Notes under the pieces: model-generated
Databases searched by the model: none
Seen by the model: the letters and a program-made list of their open reading frames with translations, nothing else
What the model was told of the DNA's origin: nothing
Shown: positions 55,645 to 64,000 of the stretch, piece by piece
Numbering within the stretch: position 1 is the first letter of the stretch
How the letters are laid out: every line of letters begins with the position of its first letter
Source: Kudoa neothunni
Taxonomy: Eukaryota; Animalia; Cnidaria
Reading direction: 5' to 3'
Length of the DNA stretch: 64,000 nucleotides
Assembly: GCA_964304625.1 (NCBI GenBank)
Contig: OZ199840.1
Coordinates: 5,197,200 to 5,261,199 of the forward strand
Translations under genes and position numbers: made by a program

Positions 55645-55656
55645 TGTGCATGCGCA
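55645..55656. promoter_or_regulatory. NRF1-like palindrome upstream of cereblon
   Basis: TGTGCATGCGCA matches TGCGCATGCGCA at 11/12 positions, about 57 bp before the putative ATG. Confidence 0.35.
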
Positions 55657-55712
55657 AAATTGAAACAATTGATTTTTCTACAACCAACAAGCTTCAACCA
55701 CTTATTCTATTC

Positions 55713-58700
55713 ATGCATAACGTAGAGCTGAAAGGAAAATAAATTATGTCTTAACCTTATTTAGATTAGTGAGAATGAGAATACATTAGGTATTTAACGT
55801 TGAGTGGATATCGTATTGGTCATGAGTTATCCAATTCTAAATATAAATAGCTAGCCCTCACAATCAAAACCAGTTAATGTCTTTCAGGACCTCATACTAA
55901 CGACTATTCAAATCATCTCCTTTACGGAACGGTCTATATTATAGGCGTTGAGGTTGTAATTGTAAAATAAAACAGTTTATTCCGGTGCCATTAGAAGAGG
56001 TTCTTCGCCAACGAAATGAATACACCTCAGATCATATTGGAGTGTTGGATCTACTGAAAATATACGATATTATGTGTTATCCTGGTCAACAGTTGATTTT
56101 GAATTTATCTCGAGTTGATGTAAGGAGATTGCATTTGGTTATAATTTAGCGATATTTAGACAATTTATTATTTATTATAGTTGGAAAATTGGATGAAAAA
56201 AGTTGTCAAAGAAAAACGCTACTTTTTCCTTATATCTCACCCCTATTTGTATTCACATATTCAAAAATAACCTACTGTATTTATTGTGCTAATGATAATT
56301 TATCATATAGTTATGAACATTATGATGGCAAAAACATTGGGTGAATAATAATAATAATTCCCGTAATAAATTTTGATTAATTCAACCACCCAGATATTCG
56401 ATGAGCTATCGAAATTGTTGCAAACCATTCTATGGCACTTTGGCTCAGGTGGAGGCATTTTGTTTCGCCGATGATTCCACCTATATGAATACTACCTACA
56501 ATAAAATGCTTGTCAAAGGTGTATGCCGTGTGTTGATCGTGGATTACGATGTAATCACTTTAATATTTGTTTCCACACAAAAATCACCAAAAAATAATTC
56601 CTAATGCTTTTAATTTTTTATGTTTACAGCCTGAAGCAATTGATCCAATTATGAAACCAGCTCGAGAATTAATACCTTCATTTAAGTGATTAATTTATAT
56701 ATTACCATTTTATATACTACCAAACAAAGGTATACTACCAATGTTGGTTTCTATACAATACCATTCAATTTCAATGATCCTCCTTTTCTCGATCTGAACA
56801 ACAATGCCTACCCAATAGTAACATTGATCGGTGATATCGTCAATTTTCTCCTGTTAGAACATTCACTTTCCACAACTGAAGAGACCACTCTACAAAAATA
56901 TGCTATTGGTAGGTGATGCTAACGCTAATACAAATCAATTTAAATATTTTTTGTACGCGCACATTAGCAATATTCGCAGAAATCTATTTTGTTCAATTTA
57001 ATTTAATTAATTCAGTGATTCTTAACCTTTTTTCCTTGCGTACCCCTAATGTGCTCAATTAGCTTATCACGGACCCTATCTTGTTTTAGTGCATAATCCA
57101 ATCATACATATACATATTTTAATCGTTTCATTCCCGTTGTTCACCCTAGTGGGCAGATTAAAATTGTATATATTTTTAATATTCGTTTAATTTAAAAAAT
57201 TTTCAATGTTAAGAAAAATTTGGGAACGAAAGGGTAAACTCAAATTATTTATCTAATGTCCCTCATTTTACTAAAATATTTATTATTTAAATTAATTTAA
57301 TTGTGGTTCTGTTTTAAAGTATATATTGAAAATATTCAATCACTAAGACATAAATTAGTTAGAGTAATAAAACAAAAAATTAACAACTATGAATCCTTCC
57401 CAGTTATTTTTTTAGAGATTATTAAAATTCTAACCAAATATTGAGACTGTCGCATAATATTTTAAATTAAAAAATTTAATGTAATTTACTGAATTATTAT
57501 ATATACGTGTCAATTATTAATAGTAATATCCATATACAAATTTCTAAGCGAAAAGGTATTATAATTAATAATAGAAATATTTTTGTTAATTATTGAGTTA
57601 ATTAAAATAAGCGATTAACACACAAAACCTATTTCTTATATACATAATGGACATTAAAAGAATATTTCTGAGATTTTTGCACTTGCTTTTTATCAATAAG
57701 TTTACAGAATTTTGGAAAAATAAAAGAAGTGGCAACACGCATGTTTGCGATTTTTTGACTTTGTTTTTATGGATGTTTTCATAAAGTAAATTATAATTAA
57801 AGATCATAATTTTCGACGATTATTTTTGTTGATTCCGCAGTACGCATGCGAGCACGTTTAAACATTCCAAATTTTAAAAAAATTGAAACAAGATCCTCAT
57901 AAATACATTTATTATCAAATAGCTATAGCGGAAGAGCGCCGAGAACAATAACAGAAACCAAATTTTTCCCAATTTTTCTATCTCTACAAAAATAACTGGC
58001 GGAGAAGTGTCCTGAAACGTTTCTTAACGATGTTTTTTTGATTTTATTTTTTCGTAAATTCTACTTTTTTGAAGAGATAATTTCACGTTGCAATATTTAC
58101 AAGCAAATTCATTTTTCACCTTCTCTATGTCGATCTACTCATCACGAAATCTATCAATTTCTCTCCGGTTGCTACTATTTCGAGCTTGTCGGAAGATTTT
58201 GCATTTTATCGGAAAATAAACGTCGAAATTTATTTTAAAAATCAGACGACCCCTAATTATAACACAAGGGCGTTTTGTAATAAACACAAAATATTTATAA
58301 GGAACAATAACGCAAAATTATATTTTAAATTTTTAATAATTATTCTAACGTTAAAAAATATCTAATCATAATAAATGTATGACGATAATGTGGAATCCAG
58401 ATTTTATTGAAATCACTTACGGACCCCGAAACGGTCCCTGGATTCTTGTTTAAGAACCGCTGATTTAATTTATTAAGGTAAATTAGACATATAAAAAACT
58501 ATTAAAACAGAAAAATAAAATTCACAGGGGTTAACGTGTTAATGAGATTAAATCTTTCGTAGAATTTCTTCATTCAAAAATAAAATTAAAAGTTAAAGTT
58601 TTCCATCACATAATACATAATATCAGGCAAAGCTGGGCATTAACGCTAGTTATTTAATATAAGTTTACTATTAATATTTCCTTGTGAGTATACTTACTCA

Positions 58701-60940
58701 TAATATTAATTTTAAATATGGTCAAGTCTATTCTAATAACGACGAGTGCAAACACATGTGACGAAATAACTCTAAAACTTGTATAATCCAATAGGAATCT
58801 TTCTTTTATGCTCTCGTCAATACTATCCATTCTTTTATTTATGATTCAATATTAATATGTCATTCCTTTCGAGTGTTTTTCTTAATTTGTTACAGAATCG
58901 TCGTTATAATGTTAAAACAACTGATCCCTATTGTTCATGAGAGTATTCAAGACAGGTATTGCTTCTACTCCCTATCTCGGAAAGTTGATTTTAAATTTCG
59001 TAAATTATATAATACCAATAAAATCATTAAAATATAATTATCATTATTCTATAACTATATCTTCAATACGATGGAATTTTACATAATCCATTATCGTGAT
59101 AAAGTCGCGATCCCCAATAACTGATTTTACCATGAATAGTAAGGAAACCTTGGAGGGCGTTATTAGCTATTACCTAGAAACTTACTTCGAATTGAACAAT
59201 TCCCTTTGCAGAAACAGCTAAGATCATAGTGATATTTTGTCCTCTGTTATTCTGCACAATTTGGTTTGGTGTAGCATCCCTAAAAATTTGGTCGTAGGCG
59301 CGGATATAGTACAAATTAAAGGGTCTTTCGTCGACAAAACAAGTTTGTAATACCTTGTTTTAATTTAAAGATTGCTATACTATTCAAAAACATGTTTCCG
59401 CTAGGTCTTGGTCTTGACTCGATCGGAATTCCGACTGAATGGAACACTCCGCATCTATCTCTAACTGGCAAATCCTTTTACGGTCATCTTCCAATATTTT
59501 CTTATATCCTAATATCACTCTTTTGTACATTAGCGTAAATTCAATAACAGCTTAAAATAACCAATTTCTTAAATTGAAAATCAAATATCCGAATTAGGGA
59601 ATAACGTCCGGTATATCAGAGACCATCATTGTTTTAAATTTAGCTTTTGGTTTATTGGTTACATTTTAATAATATTTTATAAAATAAACTTTTGAGGTGG
59701 AGTTAGATTTTTTACAAGCTTTTGGCACATGAACCCATAATCTATAGGAAATGGCTATTGACACGGTTCATAATATTCAGGTGGCTATAGTTTTGACTCT
59801 ATTTAATTGTTTTTGGTCCCTAGGAATGGTAGCAATTTACCAAAAATAAAAAAATAAATACAGCTGATTCTAAATAATAAACTTTATAGATAAGCTATGA
59901 ATAGGAGTTGAGAGATTAAAAACTTACGTGTCAATGGCTAATGCCTACAAATTTTTACATATTTTATGAATTATGTTGAAATATTTAAAATTGATTACAA
60001 TATATTTTTTAAATATTTTTGTCTAAATTATTACTACCTAAATTATCTCCAAGGGACTATATAAAAAAATTCAAAATTACTAACGCGCGTTGTGAAATAC
60101 ACCTAAATTTTACACGTTAACTACTTCTCTAATCTTTTACTTATTGTAGCGATCACTAATGGATAAACAATCTAATTATCTTTCAAGATTATCCCTCGAT
60201 GGTACAACGTACTCACTAGAAGGTTGCTTGATAATATAACTACTTATAATTATAGTTTGCCGCCCTTTTTAGAATTTGTTGACATTGCATGGTCCTTTCT
60301 TCCAATTGATAATGAGGTACGCCTACAGGCGTTCACATGCCAATATATGTGGCAGACAATCGGTCTTTTAACCAAATACGCAAATGTATTAATTAACACA
60401 TCCCCACATTGGTTGAGGCAATTTTGTTAACTGTTGGTTTAGACAACACTTTATTGTTCCTATTGTAAAAGTAATCTTGGGAGAGTTGATATCACGATAA
60501 TGTATATCGATATTATTTTATTGTCGACCATTATTATTTAGTATTAATGAGCTTATAAAATTGGATCGAGCCACCTGCACATCTTCATTTCTTACAAATC
60601 CCTCGGGAATGCCTTTCGAGGTGTTCTTCCTCGACCCCACACAACCTCACAACTGTATTTCTAGTCGTACAATCAACGATGATACATCCTTTGTGGTAGA
60701 GTAACAAACTGCTGGATTGATTATTTATTTGTTTATAAATGTTTTTTTAATCATTACCACCCCCATTTTAGTTATGGATGGAGTTATCTCTCGTGTGGCA
60801 CCTGCTCCGACTTTATCGGATGGTCTTTCACCAAGCGATCAAGTTCGGGTTCCATCTCTCGCGTAAACGATAGTCAGGTTTATGCGTCACGTGACAAAAT
60901 TGTGATGGTGATAAAGAAATATTGCCAATTTCATATATAA
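55713..60940 (+). CDS. CRBN: Cereblon (LON-N domain, helical bundle, CULT/thalidomide-binding domain), highly divergent
   Basis: Exons give YPGQQLILNL (cf. IPGQTLPLQL), YGTLAQVEAF (FGTTAEIYAY), LPIDNEVRLQ (LPIDDVLRIQ), LYCSYC, TNPSG (VNPHG) and YGWSYLSCGTCSDFIGWSFT ([20 protein letters not shown]) in the correct order. Start, stop and middle exons are approximate. Confidence 0.88.
57013..58462. mobile_element. Non-autonomous hAT (Charlie-like) element, 1450 bp, inside a cereblon intron
   Basis: TIRs CAGTGATTCTTAACC and CAGCGGTTCTTAAAC; subterminal ACGGACCC motifs; 8-bp flanks AATTAATT and ATTTAATT (7/8 match, TSD). Confidence 0.75.
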
Positions 60941-62047
60941 TTCTGCCAATATTCATGCACCGTCGGAGTACTGATTATTACGCAGAAATAACTCTCTTGG
61001 TAGCAACTAAATATTTTGTATAGCTATTGTTTGGTTGATGTGCTTAGATTGTGTGATACTCGAGGTTTTTACGATAATAAAGGATTAATCTGTACCCTCT
61101 GAGTCATTCGCTAAAATTTTTTTAAAGTGACTAAGGCAACACATTTGAATCTATTACTCTTTAAGGATCTATACTAACTAATAATTGATAAATAATTTTA
61201 AAATAAGAGGGATATTGAACCGAACCGTCTTAACCTCTAGGAATTAGAATTATGGTTAAAGCATGTATCGGATTGATATTTAATGTTATATGATCGTTTG
61301 CATAAATGGGATTGTTGTGTTTAAGATGCTTTCCCAAGGTCATGTACACTTTCTACTCAAAGTAATAAATGATACATTGTAAAACAATAAAATAAAGGAT
61401 TGTAGTATATATTTATAAGAAAAAATACATAAATTTGAAAACACACCGTAGATTACAAGAAGCAATAGATTTCAATTTTTTTAAAGACCGTCGCTAAGTT
61501 ATACTACCGGATTAAAAAGCACGGAGTTGACCATTTAAATATAATTAGAATGTTAGTCGAATATTGCGAGATTTTGTCATAAAAATTTAAAATCATTCAC
61601 TCAAACTCGCAATGGACCTTATCACGTATTTAGGTAATTCTGTTTGTAGTACGTGAGTAATAATTTGTTACTTTCTTCTAATCCATATACGATTGTCCCC
61701 TAATATATACTTCCACAGAGCATATACTAGTTTTTTATTGATTATTTATGCTACAATAATTTGAGTTAGATCGATATCATATGAATTTAACAACCATAAA
61801 AATTACTGATTTTATTCAAAAACTATCGGCTTTAATCAAGCAGATTAGATGCAACCATGCAATTAAATTCAATAAAATAACCAGTTTTATTTCATTTATA
61901 ATTTTTGTGTTGTTAATCTATCACCAATTTAAACAATGTTGGCATACCTGGTTGAAATTAATGTTTGGCCCATGATCCATTCAAAAATAACTAGATCACA
62001 TGATTCGGTTGTTTGATCGGCCTATTGAGCGAATTTGAGTTTGTTGG

Positions 62048-63430
62048 ATGAGTTCACCAGAATCAAATAATCGGATCGACCTTACCAAACCAAGATATGA
62101 TCAAAGCACATATATTGGAAGAGCCAAACATTTTTTTCAAGTGACCAACCCACTGAATATCTTGTCCTCCAGCAAACAACTGGAAGAATCAAAACAACTT
62201 ATAGAGCAATATAAGTATTTCGATGGATAATATCCCTCCACAGTTAAACGTATAAAAATGAAAACTTAGACAAGGAAATGAACCAACAGGAACTACCACC
62301 GATCAAGTGTGGAATGCTAATACACTCTATGAATCGGCATATCATCCTGATACTGGTGAGAAACAATTTATATTAGGTAGAATGTCCGCTCAAGTGCCGT
62401 GTAATGCCGCAATCGTGGCTGCTATGCTCACATTTTACAAGTTAACCATCAACTGATGGTTGGCGATAGTTATTTCACTCTTTAGATCGACCCCAGCGGT
62501 GATATTCTGGCAGTGGGTGAATCAATCATTCAATGCACTTGTAAACTATACCAACAGGTCAGGGGGATCTCAGCTTACAACTACGTATGCCGAAATTAGG
62601 TTTCTCCACAATTTTTAACTTTAATGTCCAGTGATATCACTACTGCCTATGTGGGTGCCACAACTGGAGCTGTAGGCACAGCTCTAATGCTAAAATCAAT
62701 GTCCACCGTATTCCCATCTCGTCCGTTCCAATTCATCTACTCATGTGGGTTTTAATTTAGAAAATGCCACCACTTTTTGGTCGTTTGATCCCTTTTATGA
62801 GTGTCGCCGCAGCCAACTGCATCAACATCCCTCTTATGAGAATCCAGTAGGGAATTCATCTGTTGCTTGATTTATCAACCATTTGATTATATACATCATT
62901 GAATACGTGTAGTGAGTTAACAAATGGGATTCTCCTATTGGACAGTCAATCCAAACCATTGGGAACTTCAAAGAAGGCTGCTCAAAACGCTATCACTATG
63001 GTGATATTTTCAAGAATTGTCATGAGTGCTCCATCATTAGGTATTTAGTCGCTGTATTAAGCTCGAATGAGTTTCTACGGTAACCTCTAGTTCTACCTCC
63101 TGTAGCTACCAATTACTTCATCAAAAAGTATCCGGCATTCAAGGTATTTTAGGAGAGTTGTTTCCTGACCGACTAATCGATCCACAATAGAACCCCAAGA
63201 TCAACATTTCTTTCCAAATTATATTAGTGATCATGTGTTACCTGTTAGCTACTCCAATGTGCTGTGCTATTTTCCCTCAAAAGGCGTATTTAATTGTTTG
63301 GTCCACAACCTTATTATTCATATATTTTTTAAGGTCAATAAAAGTTGGTTCGTTAGAAGAAAATTTGAAATCGTCGCTTTTATCAAATTTCACTGCTGAA
63401 GATTTGGTCTATTTTAATAAAGGACTCTGA
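62048..63430 (+). CDS. SFXN: Sideroflexin (SFXN1/2/3-like mitochondrial transporter)
   Basis: [80 protein letters not shown] and VYFNKGL*; short GT-AG introns. Confidence 0.97.
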
Positions 63431-63521
63431 TATTTTTAATCATTTTTTTCTTATATTTGATTAATTGTATGCGCACTATAAATTATTTTATCTAAATCCT
63501 GATGTTATTCGATTGTATTAA

Positions 63522-63770
63522 CCCTTAAAGGATAACCTTCAGTTCCATGCGTCCATCTTTGTATTATTTTGTTTATAAATTTTGTTGTTATGCATGTTAT
63601 ATTTTGTGTATATTCGTGAGAATTTCATCTACATTTTTAAAAAAGCATTATCTACCGACCGAAATCATAAAATAAGTTAATGGTTTGGCGAAATTACACA
63701 AATTATAACAGATTTTACAACAAAATAATAGGGAGGTGGACGCGCGAATCCAATGGTTAGCCGTTAAGGG
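63522..63770. mobile_element. piggyBac-derived MITE, 249 bp
   Basis: TTAA flanks; TIRs CCCTTAAAGGATAACC and CCCTTAACGGCTAACC (14/16); internal IR GCGTCCA(T/C)CT. Confidence 0.88.
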
Positions 63771-63882
63771 TTAAATACTAGTTTGGAATCTATTTAACCT
63801 AGGCACTTATATTGTTCGTTGTTTTTTTTGAGTTCATATCTACTCATCGCTATTTTTAGATTTTAATAATTGTAAATTTTTG

Positions 63883-63922
<40 letters not shown>

Positions 63923-64000
63923 ACTAGTGGAAAATATCAACTTTGCCTGGTCTGGTCGTATGTGATAGGAATGATATTTTTAAGATTTTGGCTGGTTTTT

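Noticed and set aside
63281-63333. Apparent GC-AG intron in sideroflexin
   Set aside because: A GT donor two bases later gives an in-frame FPQKA-SIKV junction.

Overview
Very AT-rich eukaryotic (animal) DNA with many short GT-AG introns (about 30-100 nt), so most short ORFs in the supplied track are exon fragments, antisense shadows or transposon relics. Genes spliced by hand: a Thr-rich membrane mucin with SEA-like, cbEGF and TM regions (-, 1.3-5.7 kb); a small VWC-TM-PPxY receptor resembling a truncated DGCR2/IDD (+, 37.9-38.7 kb); a BAH-domain protein resembling BAHD1 (-, 41.7-43.9 kb); a very divergent cereblon with an altered glutarimide pocket (+, 55.7-60.9 kb); and a well-conserved sideroflexin (+, 62.0-63.4 kb). 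Several orphan multi-exon candidates are also present. Intergenic DNA holds many decayed DNA transposons: piggyBac (relics and MITEs), Tc1/IS630, mariner, pogo/Tigger, MULE, hAT and possibly a Helitron end. A 670-bp AACT/AATT satellite has expanded inside a dead pogo transposase. Tiny introns plus fast-evolving animal genes suggest a reduced parasitic metazoan such as a myxozoan cnidarian, but this is inference only. No rRNA, tRNA, CRISPR or prokaryotic system was seen. All homology calls come from recalled family motifs, not database searches, and exon boundaries are manual.
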